Shown here piece after piece: positions 20,701 to 30,505 of a stretch of DNA of 64,000 nucleotides (the stretch's first letter is position 1; each line of letters opens with the position of its first letter). The position numbers and the translations under genes were made by a program. The DNA lies in NCBI GenBank assembly GCA_963700135.1, contig CAVOWM010000010.1, forward strand, positions 26,775 through 90,774, in the 5' to 3' direction. This DNA comes from an uncultured Acidimicrobiaceae bacterium. Its GTDB lineage: Bacteria; Actinomycetota; Acidimicrobiia; Acidimicrobiales; RAAP-2. Under the pieces are notes generated by a model. It was not told the origin of the DNA and searched no databases. It was given only the letters and a program-made list of their open reading frames with translations.

Positions 20701-22443
20701 GTGTCCGGCACCGAGCGCACAGCGAAGGACGGGTCACTTCGAAACCCCGACGACCGCTACAAGTGGGTCGTCCTCTCCAACACGACGCTCGGCATGTTGA
20801 TGGCGACGATCGACATCTCGATCATGCTGATCGCGCTGCCCGACATCTTCACCGGCATACACCTCGATCCGTTGTTGCCGGGGAACAGTTTCTACCTCCT
20901 GTGGATGATCCTCGGTTTCATGGTCGTGACGAGCGTGCTCGTGGTCACCTTCGGCCGACTGGGCGACATGTTCGGTCGCGTGCGGCTCTACAACCTCGGC
21001 TTCGTCGTCTACACGTTCTTCTCACTGCTCCTCAGCGTCACGTGGATGTCCGGCACGGCGGCCGCGCTGTACCTCGTGGTCATGCGGATCTTCCAGGGCG
21101 TCGGCGCCGCGATCCTCATCGCGAACTCCTCGGCCATCCTCACCGACGCCTTCCCCGAGGACCAACGGGGCATGGCGCTCGGCATCAACCAGATCGCGGG
21201 TATCAGCGGTTCGTTCATCGGTCTCGTGCTCGGCGGACTCCTCGCGCCCATCCAGTGGCGACTCATCTTCGTGGTCTCGGTGCCCATCGGCCTCTTCGGC
21301 ACGGTGTGGGCGTATCGCAAACTCAAGGAGATCCCCCGACGCATCGACACGAACATCGACTGGCCGGGCAACATCACCTTCGCCCTCGGCTTGATCGCGA
21401 TCATGGTGGGCATCACCTACGGCATCCAGCCCTACGGAGGCCGCACGATGGGGTGGCTGAGTCCACTGGTCCTCTCGGCGCTGACGGGTGGCGTCGCCAT
21501 GCTCGTCGTCTTCACGCAGGTCGAGCGACGTTCCCCCGATCCGATGTTCCGGCTCTCGCTGTTTCGGATCCGGGCCTTCAGCGCCGGCAGCATCTCGAGC
21601 TTCCTCGCCTCCGTCGGACGCGGCGGACTGATGTTCATGCTCGTCATCTGGCTGCAGGGGATCTGGTTGCCCCTGCACGGTTACGACTTCGCACGCACGC
21701 CGCTGTGGGCCGGGATCGCGATGCTGCCGTTGACACTCGGCTTCTTGATCGCCGGACCGGTCTCGGGCGCGCTGTCGGACCGTTTCGGGTCGCGTCCCTT
21801 CGCCACGGTCGGCATGTTGGTCGCGGCGCTTTCGTTCTTCCTCCTCGAACTCTTGCCCGTCAACTTCAACTACTACGAATTCGGCGGACTGCTCCTTTTG
21901 AACGGGCTCGCCATGGGCGCGTTCGCGGCGCCCAACCGCGCCGGCGTCATGAACAGCCTGCCGCGACAACACCGCGGTGTCGGATCGGGCATGAACTCCA
22001 CGTTCCAGAACTCCGGCCAGGTGCTCTCCATCGGCATCTTCTTCACGTTGATGATCATCGGACTCTCCTCGACGCTCCCGTCATCGGTCTTCCACGGGCT
22101 CACCTCGGTCGGGGTCCCGGTCCTCGACGCGCGCCGGGTGGCGTCGCTCCCGCCGGTGTCGACGTTGTTCGCGTCGTTCCTCGGCTACAACCCGCTCGAA
22201 CACCTCTTGAGCCCGCAGGTCATCGCGAGTCTGCCCACGCACACGCAGCTCGCTCTGGCGAAGCGGAGTTTCTTCCCCTCGATCATCACCAAACCGTTCC
22301 ACAACGGTTTGCACGCGGCCTGCGACTCGGCCGTGCTCGCGTGCCTGTTGGCCGCGGGGTGCTCGTGGCTGCGCGGGGGGAAGTACGTGTACGTCGAAAA
22401 GTCCAACGAATCCAGCGAATTATTCAGTGCCGTAGCCGACTAG
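20701..22443 (+). CDS. MFS transporter, DHA2 (14-TMS) type
   Basis: Multiple TM helices. Motif A-like GRLGDMFGR and motif C-like region. 580 aa. Confidence 0.9.
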   Translation: MSGTERTAKDGSLRNPDDRYKWVVLSNTTLGMLMATIDISIMLIALPDIFTGIHLDPLLPGNSFYLLWMILGFMVVTSVLVVTFGRLGDMFGRVRLYNLGFVVYTFFSLLLSVTWMSGTAAALYLVVMRIFQGVGAAILIANSSAILTDAFPEDQRGMALGINQIAGISGSFIGLVLGGLLAPIQWRLIFVVSVPIGLFGTVWAYRKLKEIPRRIDTNIDWPGNITFALGLIAIMVGITYGIQPYGGRTMGWLSPLVLSALTGGVAMLVVFTQVERRSPDPMFRLSLFRIRAFSAGSISSFLASVGRGGLMFMLVIWLQGIWLPLHGYDFARTPLWAGIAMLPLTLGFLIAGPVSGALSDRFGSRPFATVGMLVAALSFFLLELLPVNFNYYEFGGLLLLNGLAMGAFAAPNRAGVMNSLPRQHRGVGSGMNSTFQNSGQVLSIGIFFTLMIIGLSSTLPSSVFHGLTSVGVPVLDARRVASLPPVSTLFASFLGYNPLEHLLSPQVIASLPTHTQLALAKRSFFPSIITKPFHNGLHAACDSAVLACLLAAGCSWLRGGKYVYVEKSNESSELFSAVAD

Positions 22444-22460
22444 TAAATTCCCCGTTGGGG

Positions 22461-23546
22461 GTGCGCGTGGACCAGGACCGACGACCAACCGTGACCGAAC
22501 AGGTGCGACGGGTGACGCGCCGTTGGAGCGAGCCGGCCGATCAGTGGCGCACGAAGGTGCAGCACTGGGTCGACGCCGGCATCGTGAGCTCGGCCCAGGG
22601 CGACGAGATCCTCGCGCTGGAGTCGGCTGGAACCCAAGCGAGGGCGAACCAATCTGGCGTCGACGCCGGTCGAGCGACGCTCTCGCCGGCCGCCGAATCG
22701 CTGTCGTACCTTGGTGTGGTCATCGTTGGTCTCGCGGCGGTCCTCTTCCTCGGTCACTACTGGGACACCATCGGACTCGCCGGTCACCTGATCGGGGCGC
22801 TGTCGGTCACCGTCGCCGGCCTCGCCAGTGGACTGGTCGTGGCCCAGATCGGCGACGCCGGTGCGAGACGGCTGAGCGGATTCCTTCGACTGGTCGGCAC
22901 GGCCGGCGCCGCGGGGGCGACCGCCGTCGCCGTCGGACCGTCAGCCAAAGCACACCACGGACTTCTCTTGCTCTGCGTCGGCCTCGTCGTGGCGGCGCTC
23001 AGCGCGGTGCTCTGGCGCAACCGCGATCGGTCGCTGCAGTTCCTGTCGATGTTGCTCGGCGTGACGATGACGTTGGCCGGCGTGGGCACCGTCGCGCATC
23101 TCCACGCCACGTCCACCGAAGTGGCGCTGCTGGAGTGGTTCTTCGCGGTCGCGATCGGACTGATGAGCCTGCAGATGATCCGTCCGGCACCGACGGCGTT
23201 GGTGGTGGGCGAACTCGGGAGTTTCCTCGGCGCGTTCGCGCTCTCATTCCCGAATCACCTCGGCGGCGTACTCCTGGGTCTCCTCTCGGCCGTGTGCGCC
23301 GTCGTGATCGGCTTCGCCCTGGAGCGACCGTCGATCATCGTGCTCGGTGCCGTTGGATTCTTCATGTTCGACTTTCGGACCTTCGCCATCTACTTACGGA
23401 GCATGGACGCGGCACTCGGCGCGTTCGTCCTGGGACTCCTCTTGGTGTTGGTCGCGCTCGTACGGGCCTGGTACGCGTCGACGCGCGGCGACGCCGACTC
23501 GCCGATGGAGATGCCCGCCGAGGCGGAATGGTACGAGCCCTGGTAG
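22461..23546 (+). CDS. polytopic membrane protein (DUF2157-like)
   Basis: Only the last third of track ORF 20763..23546 looks coding: a soluble N-terminal segment followed by about 8 hydrophobic helices. GTG starts at 22461 or 22467. Confidence 0.6.
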   Translation: MRVDQDRRPTVTEQVRRVTRRWSEPADQWRTKVQHWVDAGIVSSAQGDEILALESAGTQARANQSGVDAGRATLSPAAESLSYLGVVIVGLAAVLFLGHYWDTIGLAGHLIGALSVTVAGLASGLVVAQIGDAGARRLSGFLRLVGTAGAAGATAVAVGPSAKAHHGLLLLCVGLVVAALSAVLWRNRDRSLQFLSMLLGVTMTLAGVGTVAHLHATSTEVALLEWFFAVAIGLMSLQMIRPAPTALVVGELGSFLGAFALSFPNHLGGVLLGLLSAVCAVVIGFALERPSIIVLGAVGFFMFDFRTFAIYLRSMDAALGAFVLGLLLVLVALVRAWYASTRGDADSPMEMPAEAEWYEPW

Positions 23547-23565
23547 AGGCTCGAACGCGGACGGC

Positions 23566-25110
23566 TCAGTGGCCGATGCGTTTGTAGAGACCGATGCCGT
23601 CGTCAGTGGTGACGAGACGGAAGTGTTTCTCGATGCCGGCGAAGACGCTGGCGTCGTCCGGAGGGTAGAGGGGCACGGGGAGGACGAGGTACTGCACCTT
23701 GCTCGCGACCGCCAGTCGCGCGCCGTTGTTGTGGAACAGTCCGTAGTTCTGCGTGTCGAAGGGCGTCGGCCAGAGGTAGATCTGCGTGCGGTGATCGAGG
23801 TGCGGCACGAAGAGGTACCACGCCGAGACGACCGCGTCGGGCGGGATGCGGGCCTCCAGAGTCGTGAAGGATCGCACCGCGGCACTGGTGGGTACCCACT
23901 CGGACACGGCCGTGTTGTCAGAGAACGGAGCCAGACCCCAGAGCACGCACGACCAGAACGCGCAGAGCACGACGACGCCCGTGATGACGACGCGCCGCAC
24001 CTGGGACCGCTGACGCGAGATGGCCCACACCGTGCCCAGGATGAGGACCGGGACGACGGGCATGGAGAACTGATACGGAATCTGGTGCATGTACGGCAAG
24101 GTGCTCACCACGTTCTCGGCGACGACGAGGATCGCGATCAGCGCGATCTCCGGCGACAACAGGAATCCCCACCCGGTCATGAAGCCCATCTGCCAGACGT
24201 AGAACGGTCGACCGTCGCGGCGTAGGTACGTGAACATCGTGCCGGGATGGGCGAACAACGTCCGGAAGAATCCGCCGACGCCGCCGAAGGGGATGTCGCC
24301 GCTGTAGAGACTGCCCTGCCCGAGGAGACTGGGGATGATGACCTCCAGCGCCAGCGCCGTCCAGGCGAGCGCGCCGGCGACGATCCACAGTCCCCACTTT
24401 CGATCGCGCCGCCAGAGGACCCAGAGACCCAGCGGGATGACCAGCAGCGCCGCGTCCTCTTTGACCATCAACGCGAACACGACCATGACCGCGAGCAACA
24501 CGCCCCGTGATTCGATCGCCGCGTAGACGGCGACGCTGATGATCAACACCTGGAGCGCCTCGGGGTGGAACTGCTGCATGTTGCCTTGTTCGAGCGCCGG
24601 GTTCAACAGGAACGCGGCGGCCAGCATCGTGGCGATCGTCGCGTTGCCGATGCGCTTCAGCGCGAGGAGGTAGATGGGGATCGCGGCGCCGGCGATCGCC
24701 AGGACCTGGAGCCCGAGCAGACCCTGTGGTTCGGGGAACAGTCGATAGAACGGCGCGAAGAGCACGAGAATGAACGACGTGTGGTCGCCGAAGAGGTCGC
24801 GGCCCATCACCGTGACGAACGGCGCGTGGAAGTGGGTGAGGAGCCAGAGACCCTGGTCGAAGATGGCCAGGTCGAACGGCGGATACCCGTAGCCGTAGTA
24901 CATCTTCCAACTGAGGTAGCTGAACCAGCCGACGTAGAGCACGAGCAGCACGATGAAGGCCCAGTGCCTCCTCTGGAACGCCGCGCGCAATCGGCGCTGC
25001 AGTCGGTGCACGAACCCCTCGAGCTCGGGGTCGAAGGCGGGATTCGATGAACCAAGCCGCAACACGGCGGCGACGTCGGTGCTCGCAGCCGTTACCCCGT
25101 CCAGCGACAT
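23566..25110 (-). CDS. polytopic membrane protein, DUF2079-like (possible GT-C-type glycosyltransferase)
   Basis: 514 aa, more than 10 TM helices. The YGYPPFDLAIFDQGLWL region is typical of DUF2079 as I recall it. Confidence 0.7.
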   Translation of the reverse strand: MSLDGVTAASTDVAAVLRLGSSNPAFDPELEGFVHRLQRRLRAAFQRRHWAFIVLLVLYVGWFSYLSWKMYYGYGYPPFDLAIFDQGLWLLTHFHAPFVTVMGRDLFGDHTSFILVLFAPFYRLFPEPQGLLGLQVLAIAGAAIPIYLLALKRIGNATIATMLAAAFLLNPALEQGNMQQFHPEALQVLIISVAVYAAIESRGVLLAVMVVFALMVKEDAALLVIPLGLWVLWRRDRKWGLWIVAGALAWTALALEVIIPSLLGQGSLYSGDIPFGGVGGFFRTLFAHPGTMFTYLRRDGRPFYVWQMGFMTGWGFLLSPEIALIAILVVAENVVSTLPYMHQIPYQFSMPVVPVLILGTVWAISRQRSQVRRVVITGVVVLCAFWSCVLWGLAPFSDNTAVSEWVPTSAAVRSFTTLEARIPPDAVVSAWYLFVPHLDHRTQIYLWPTPFDTQNYGLFHNNGARLAVASKVQYLVLPVPLYPPDDASVFAGIEKHFRLVTTDDGIGLYKRIGH

Positions 25111-25252
25111 CGCGCACCCCTCTCGTACACAAAATAGAGTGTCCCGATTCGCTCACCGTGCGCCGGAGCGGTGCGTGCCCGCCGCCGAGTAGTGCGTATG
25201 ACGACGGCGCCAGTGCAACGCACGCGGGCGTGACAGCGCCGCGATCAAAAAT

Positions 25253-25345
25253 GTTACGAGTTAGTGACGATGTTTGTTACGAGTTGATGACGAACGCACC
25301 ATGCTGAGTTGTGTGAAACCACAGTGGCCTCACAGAGGTTTCACA
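25253..25345 (+). promoter_or_regulatory. candidate operator region: 18-nt direct repeat x2 (22-bp phase) plus a 9-bp inverted repeat
   Basis: GTTACGAGTTAGTGACGA (25253) and GTTACGAGTTGATGACGA (25275). TGTGAAACC (25312) and GGTTTCACA (25337). Confidence 0.4.
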
Positions 25346-25409
25346 AACTCGTGCGCGATACTTGTAGATGTACTCGCCGCACTCGGTGGGTGTATCGAAA
25401 GGGCCAATC

Positions 25410-27008
25410 ATGTCTACAACTAAGTCAAGTCGCGTCATTCGAGCGGCGGCCGCGTCGGCCGTGTGCGTCGCACTCGCGTTCGGCACTGCAGGAGTAGCCC
25501 TCGCCGGACAGGGATCGCACGCACGCGATCATTCCAACATCTCTTCTCACGACAACGGTCAGTGGAGCGGCGCTCGCGGCACGATCAGTGCGCTGGGCAC
25601 CAGCTCGATCACCCTGAAGGACCGCAAGGGCAACACCACGACCTACACCACGACGAGCGCCACCACCTACTTCGAAGGCTCCACCGCCGGCGTCGTCGGT
25701 GACCTCGCGATCGGTGAGCAGGTCGACCTCGCGTTGACCCCGACCACGCCCCAGACGGTGACCAAGGTCACGATCGACCTCGCTCGAGTCTCGGGCACCG
25801 TCACCACCGTCGTCGGCAACGTGATCACGATCACCGGCTGGCACAACACGACGCTCACGGTGAACGTCTCGGGCACCACGACCTACACCTCGGGTGGCGC
25901 GGCCTCAACGCTCGCCGCCGTGGTGACCGGCGCACAGATCAGCGCCGTCGGCCTCCCCGGTTCGACCGCGGGCAGCCTCAACGCCATCTCGGTGAACATC
26001 TGGGCACCGCGCGTGTCGACGCACGCTCGCGGCACGATCAGTGCGCTGGGCACCAACTCGATCACCCTGAAGGACCGCAAGGGCAACACCACGACCTACA
26101 CCACGACGAGCGCCACCACCTACTTCGAAGGCTCCACCGCCGGCGTCGTCGGTGACCTCGCGATCGGTGAGCAGGTCGACCTCGCGTTGACCCCGACCAC
26201 GCCCCAGACGGTGACCAAGGTCACGATCGACCTCGCTCGAGTCTCGGGCACCGTCACCACCGTCGTCGGCAACGTGATCACGATCACCGGCTGGCACAAC
26301 ACGACGCTCACGGTGAACGTCTCGGGCACCACGACCTACACCTCGGGTGGCGCGGCCTCAACGCTCGCCGCCGTGGTGACCGGCGCACAGATCAGCGCCG
26401 TCGGCCTCCCCGGTTCGACCGCGGGCAGCCTCAACGCCATCTCGGTGAACATCTGGGCACCGCGCGTGTCGACGCACGCTCGCGGCACGATCAGTGCGCT
26501 GGGCACCAACTCGATCACCCTGAAGGACCGCAAGGGCAACACCACGACCTACACCACGACGAGCGCCACCACCTACTTCGAAGGCTCCACCGCCGGCGTC
26601 GTCGGTGACCTCGCGATCGGTGAGCAGGTCGACCTCGCGTTGACCCCGACCACGCCCCAGACGGTGACCAAGGTCACGATCGACCTCGCTCGAGTCTCGG
26701 GCACCGTCACCACCGTCGTCGGCAGCGTGATCACGATCACCGGCTGGCACAACACGACGCTCACGGTGAACGTCTCGGGCACCACGACCTACACCTCGGG
26801 TGGCGCGGCCTCAACGCTCGCCGCCGTGGTGACCGGCGCACAGATCAGCGCCGTCGGCCTCCCCGGTTCGACCGCGGGCAGCCTCAACGCCATCTCGGTG
26901 AACATCGGCGTCCCGTTCAATCACAGCGGCAACGGTGGTCACGGCCACTCCCACGGCCAGGGCTTCGACAGCGGCCACGCGAAGAGCTTCGGACACAGTC
27001 GTCGCTAG
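25410..27008 (+). CDS. secreted Thr-rich repeat protein (three 151-aa modules, DUF5666-like) with His-rich C-terminal tail
   Basis: Signal-peptide-like N-terminus (AAAASAVCVALAFGTAGVALA), three near-identical modules, and tail GNGGHGHSHGQGFDSGHAKSFGH. Confidence 0.85.
   Translation: MSTTKSSRVIRAAAASAVCVALAFGTAGVALAGQGSHARDHSNISSHDNGQWSGARGTISALGTSSITLKDRKGNTTTYTTTSATTYFEGSTAGVVGDLAIGEQVDLALTPTTPQTVTKVTIDLARVSGTVTTVVGNVITITGWHNTTLTVNVSGTTTYTSGGAASTLAAVVTGAQISAVGLPGSTAGSLNAISVNIWAPRVSTHARGTISALGTNSITLKDRKGNTTTYTTTSATTYFEGSTAGVVGDLAIGEQVDLALTPTTPQTVTKVTIDLARVSGTVTTVVGNVITITGWHNTTLTVNVSGTTTYTSGGAASTLAAVVTGAQISAVGLPGSTAGSLNAISVNIWAPRVSTHARGTISALGTNSITLKDRKGNTTTYTTTSATTYFEGSTAGVVGDLAIGEQVDLALTPTTPQTVTKVTIDLARVSGTVTTVVGSVITITGWHNTTLTVNVSGTTTYTSGGAASTLAAVVTGAQISAVGLPGSTAGSLNAISVNIGVPFNHSGNGGHGHSHGQGFDSGHAKSFGHSRR
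25572..26906 (+). repeat. tandem repeat, 453-bp unit, about 2.95 copies, near-perfect nucleotide identity
   Basis: Unit starts at 25572, 26025 and 26478. I see only two substitutions between copies (AGC/AAC). Confidence 0.95.
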
Positions 27009-27037
27009 TTCGTTTCGCGTTACGTCTTCGTAGGTAG

Positions 27038-27077
27038 GAATCCCCCGGCGGGCATGGCTCGCCGGGGGATTTCATTT
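27038..27077. terminator. hairpin terminator between convergent genes
   Basis: 12-bp perfect stem AATCCCCCGGCG / CGCCGGGGGATT, followed by TCATTTTC on the plus strand. Confidence 0.7.
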
Positions 27078-28004
27078 TCAGGCGTGCTCGGACCCGACGC
27101 GTTGGCCCGAGCCGGTCGGATCGGCGAAGTGTTCGGGCGCGCAGTTCGTGCTGACGTTGTCCAACTCGCAGGCACCGCAGAGAAGGATCAACTTTCGACA
27201 GGCCAAGTTGGCGCAGTTGCGGTACTGGCTGGTGGGCGTGCCGCATCGTTCGCACCTCCCGATCACTTTCGTGTGGTCACTGAACTCGTGATGCATCCGG
27301 GCGTCGAAGAGGTACAGCGAGCCCTCCCAGAGGCCGTCGTCGCCGAAGGCCTCGCCGTAACGCACGACGCCGCCGTCGAGTTGGTAGACCTCTTCGAATC
27401 CGCGTTGGATCATCAGTGCCGAGAGGACTTCGCACCGCACGCCGCCGGTGCAGTACGTGACGACGGCCTTTCGCCTGAGGTGGTCGTAGCGGCCACTGTC
27501 GAGCATCGACGAGAAGTCGCGCGTGGCATGCACGTCAGGGACGACGGCGTCGCGGAAGCGTCCGATGGCGGCTTCGAAGGCGTTGCGCGCGTCGAAGAAC
27601 ACGACGTCGTCACCGCGCTGTTCGATCAGTTCGTGGACCTCCTCGGGCTGAAGGTGGACACCACCACCCACGACGCCGTCGTGATCGACCACCACCTCTC
27701 GCGCGGCGCCGAACGAGACGATCTCGTCGCGAACGCGGATCCGGAGCCGCGGAAAGTCGTTCGCGGACCCTTCGGACCACTTGAAGTCGATCTGCCGAAA
27801 GCCGGGGAACTCCTTGGTCGCGGCGACGTAGCGACGCAGGTCGTCGATCGTGCCACCGAGCGTTCCGTTGATGCCGTGACGCGAGATGAGTATCCGACCC
27901 TTGAGCGAGAGCATCTCGCAGAGCGTCCGTTGCCAAAGTCGGATCGCGTCGGGGTCTTCCAGTGGGGTGAACGCGTAGTAGAGGATGATCTTCTGCGGTT
28001 TCAC
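27078..28004 (-). CDS. trhO: rhodanese-domain protein, UPF0176/TrhO (tRNA U34 hydroxylase) family
   Basis: N-terminal ILLYYAF...[13 protein letters not shown], a rhodanese Cys loop (YCTGGVRCE), and a C-terminal Cys-rich tail. Confidence 0.8.
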   Translation of the reverse strand: MKPQKIILYYAFTPLEDPDAIRLWQRTLCEMLSLKGRILISRHGINGTLGGTIDDLRRYVAATKEFPGFRQIDFKWSEGSANDFPRLRIRVRDEIVSFGAAREVVVDHDGVVGGGVHLQPEEVHELIEQRGDDVVFFDARNAFEAAIGRFRDAVVPDVHATRDFSSMLDSGRYDHLRRKAVVTYCTGGVRCEVLSALMIQRGFEEVYQLDGGVVRYGEAFGDDGLWEGSLYLFDARMHHEFSDHTKVIGRCERCGTPTSQYRNCANLACRKLILLCGACELDNVSTNCAPEHFADPTGSGQRVGSEHA

Positions 28005-28077
28005 AGTGCGAGTGTACAGAACGAGCTGCTTCGACTCGTGGGGCCGGGTCGCGTCGCCGCGCGGCGCGATCTCTCGA

Positions 28078-28905
28078 CTAGGTCTCGGGCACCTGCACGA
28101 TCGCGACGCTGTGCGCGAACCACGGGATGACGGCCGACGTCGAACGCTGGAACAGTTCGTACTCGGGATACTTCGACAGCGTAATCTTCTCGGTGAATCG
28201 CGTCGAGCCGACGAAGAGCAACGTCAACAGCGCCGGTCCGATCGCGGTCCACTCCCACAACGACTGCGCGGCGAGCGCCCCGAAGAGGAAGATCACCCAC
28301 CACTGCGCCAGTTCGAAGAAGTAGTTCGGGTGTCGCGAGAATCGGAACAGTCCACTTTGAAGGAAGCGAGGGTTCGGCGTGCGACCGGCGCGCACCTCGG
28401 CGCTCTTCCACTGGTGAAAGTTCCACTGCTGCTGATCGGCGACCGTCTCGCCCAGGGTGAAGAGAAGGAAGAGGACCGTCAGAACGACGTCGAGTGGGCC
28501 GAAGGACGTCGCGCGATGCTGGTAGACGCTCCAGACGGGAAGCGTGATCAGCACCAAGAGGGCGTTCTGGTAGAGCACGATGAAGAACAGGTTGAAGAGC
28601 TGGAACTGCCACGGCGGCATCGACGAGCGCAGGACGGCCCAGCGATAGTCCTCGACCCCGCGGTAGCCACCCTTACGCGCGAAGTTGTAGGTGAGTCGCA
28701 GGCCCCACACCGTGACGAGTCCGGCCACGACGTCCAGTCGCGGGCTGGCCAGATGGGCGTAGGCGGCGAAGACCCACGCGTAGAGGACCGGCACGATCGA
28801 CCACATTCGATCGACCCACGACGTGTCGCCGGTCACGAGTGACGCAACCCAGGCGAACGCGCACGCTCCCGCCGCGAGCGACACGGTGAGGGCGAGTGGC
28901 GACAT
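28078..28905 (-). CDS. DUF1295 / steroid-5-alpha-reductase-like membrane protein
   Basis: Polytopic, with [10 protein letters not shown] motif. Confidence 0.8.
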   Translation of the reverse strand: MSPLALTVSLAAGACAFAWVASLVTGDTSWVDRMWSIVPVLYAWVFAAYAHLASPRLDVVAGLVTVWGLRLTYNFARKGGYRGVEDYRWAVLRSSMPPWQFQLFNLFFIVLYQNALLVLITLPVWSVYQHRATSFGPLDVVLTVLFLLFTLGETVADQQQWNFHQWKSAEVRAGRTPNPRFLQSGLFRFSRHPNYFFELAQWWVIFLFGALAAQSLWEWTAIGPALLTLLFVGSTRFTEKITLSKYPEYELFQRSTSAVIPWFAHSVAIVQVPET

Positions 28906-29142
28906 GGAGCGACCCTATCGCGAGCGGTTGGAGTGACCGCGAACGGCTACGGGGTGCTGCGGGACTCGTCGCCCCGCTCGAACTTGGCCCGGTCGAGGCA
29001 CGCCAGTCGCTGGTCGTGAGAGCCCCAATTCGCCTGTTGGCTTCGACACGGTGGCTGCCTACCACCGTGTGTGTCGTCGAGGGCGCGATCGACGACGGCG
29101 CACCGTAGATTGAGGAGTCGATTCGAGAACCGAGGAGTCACC

Positions 29143-29541
29143 GTGCCGTTTCCAATCGTCGATGGACTTCGATCGCTCGAGATAGGTTCGCCGGGCGAGA
29201 TGCGACAGCGACTGAACCAGCTGATCCTCGACGGACGCAAGCGCGCCACCGCGGGCCTGTTGATGGAATACGTGAGAGAGAACGAGGAGTTGGAACGCGT
29301 GGGCGAGCGCCTCGCGCTCGTCGACGACGACGCACACCACGTCGCGACCGTCGTCGTGGTGGCCGTGACGACCGTGCCCTTCATCGAAGTGCCGTGGAGC
29401 TTCGCGCAGGCTGAGGGCGAAGGTGATGAGTCACTCGAGGAGTGGCGCGAAGGCCATCGACGATTCTGGACCACGCAGGGCGAGTCGATCGACGACCAGA
29501 CGCCCGTGGTGTTGATCTGGTTCGAACTCGCGTTGGAGTGA
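29143..29541 (+). CDS. ASCH-domain protein
   Basis: LILDGRKRATAGL ... WSFAQAEGEGD pattern. GTG at 29143 follows GAGGAG. Confidence 0.7.
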   Translation: MPFPIVDGLRSLEIGSPGEMRQRLNQLILDGRKRATAGLLMEYVRENEELERVGERLALVDDDAHHVATVVVVAVTTVPFIEVPWSFAQAEGEGDESLEEWREGHRRFWTTQGESIDDQTPVVLIWFELALE

Positions 29542-29582
29542 GCCGTCGGACGCAGCGACGTCGTCGCACTTAGACTTTTGCC

Positions 29583-30026
29583 ATGGTGCAATTGGACGAT
29601 CGAGAACTGGCGACGCAGCTCTTCAACCGGTGTTGGGAGCTCTTAGAGAGCTCACGCGACGCCGACGGCGACGTCGAGTTGTTGACCGTGGCATTCAGTT
29701 CTCGGTATCACTGGCTGAAGGTCGGTGAGACCGAACAGTGGATCGTCAGCGACTGGATGGTTGCCCGCGCCGCGGCGGCGGTCGGTGAGGCCGAGTTGTC
29801 ACTTCGCTTCGCCCGGCGGGCACATTCCGCCTCCCAGGAGAACGAGGTCCCGGACTGGCTGGTCGCCTCGACGGCCGAGGGCGTGGCGCGCGCGTACGCG
29901 GCCCTCGGGGACGCCGAGGAGTTCACTCACTGGTCGGCGCTGGCCGCTCGACTCGTGGACGTCATCGCCGACCCCGAGGACAAGAGCCTCATCGCCAGTC
30001 AACTGGCCAATATCGAGGCACCGTAA
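29583..30026 (+). CDS. hypothetical helical protein
   Basis: 147-aa ORF with good codon bias. No family recognised. Confidence 0.5.
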   Translation: MVQLDDRELATQLFNRCWELLESSRDADGDVELLTVAFSSRYHWLKVGETEQWIVSDWMVARAAAAVGEAELSLRFARRAHSASQENEVPDWLVASTAEGVARAYAALGDAEEFTHWSALAARLVDVIADPEDKSLIASQLANIEAP

Positions 30027-30068
30027 GGTCGTCCGTCGACCAGGGTGCGTCGAGGTCCGACCTTGCAC

Positions 30069-30500
30069 CTACGGCTGGGCGATCGTCCTGAACGCTCGAG
30101 CGGCCGCGGCGCGCACGCGCGCGTTGTCGTCGTCGAGGAGGATCACGACTGCGTCGATCGCGGGCTCGACGTGATGGCGCGCGATCACCTTGGCCGCCAT
30201 CTCGCGAACCCGCCACGCCGCGTGCGTCGTCGCGTCGATGATCGAGTCCGTGGCGACATCGTCCCACTCGTGCAGGAGTCCGCGCGCCGCCCAGACGCGG
30301 GGCCAGTAACCGTCGAGGCCACCGTCACGGCCGTCGAGGACGTTTTCGGCCGGCGGTCCGCCAATCACGCGCAGAAAGTCGTCGTCCGCGCGCTCGCCGC
30401 TCAGGATCGCCACGCAGTCGCGGACGACGGCGACGCGGCCGCGCCGTTCCGTCTCGAACGCGATCGACTGCTGGGGCGTCATTCCCCAGATGCTCGCCAT
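30069..30500 (-). CDS. HEAT-repeat-like protein
   Basis: ATG at 30500 lies 5 nt after the upstream stop. C-terminal DDDNARVRAAAARAF is a HEAT-like repeat. Confidence 0.55.
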   Translation of the reverse strand: MASIWGMTPQQSIAFETERRGRVAVVRDCVAILSGERADDDFLRVIGGPPAENVLDGRDGGLDGYWPRVWAARGLLHEWDDVATDSIIDATTHAAWRVREMAAKVIARHHVEPAIDAVVILLDDDNARVRAAAARAFRTIAQP

Positions 30501-30505
30501 CGCGC

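Noticed and set aside
20763-22460. First two-thirds of the 927-aa ORF 20763..23546
   Set aside because: It overlaps the MFS gene in another frame and translates to Arg/His/Pro-rich sequence. Only the segment after about 22461 looks like a real (membrane) protein.
23918-25156. 412-aa ORF in an alternative frame of the DUF2079 gene. Similar cases: 35648..36820-, 46929..48197-, 45635..46681-, 53169..54203+
   Set aside because: Low-complexity Arg/Pro-rich products. The competing frames carry clear TM patterns or catalytic motifs.
25312-25345. CRP/GlxR-type site (TGTGA...TCACA)
   Set aside because: The half-sites are separated by far more than the canonical 6 nt.
25572-26906. The 453-bp repeats considered as a CRISPR array or as a diversity-generating retroelement VR/TR pair
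   Set aside because: The units are contiguous, with no spacers, and lie within one reading frame. The only differences are two A/G sites, and no reverse transcriptase is nearby.
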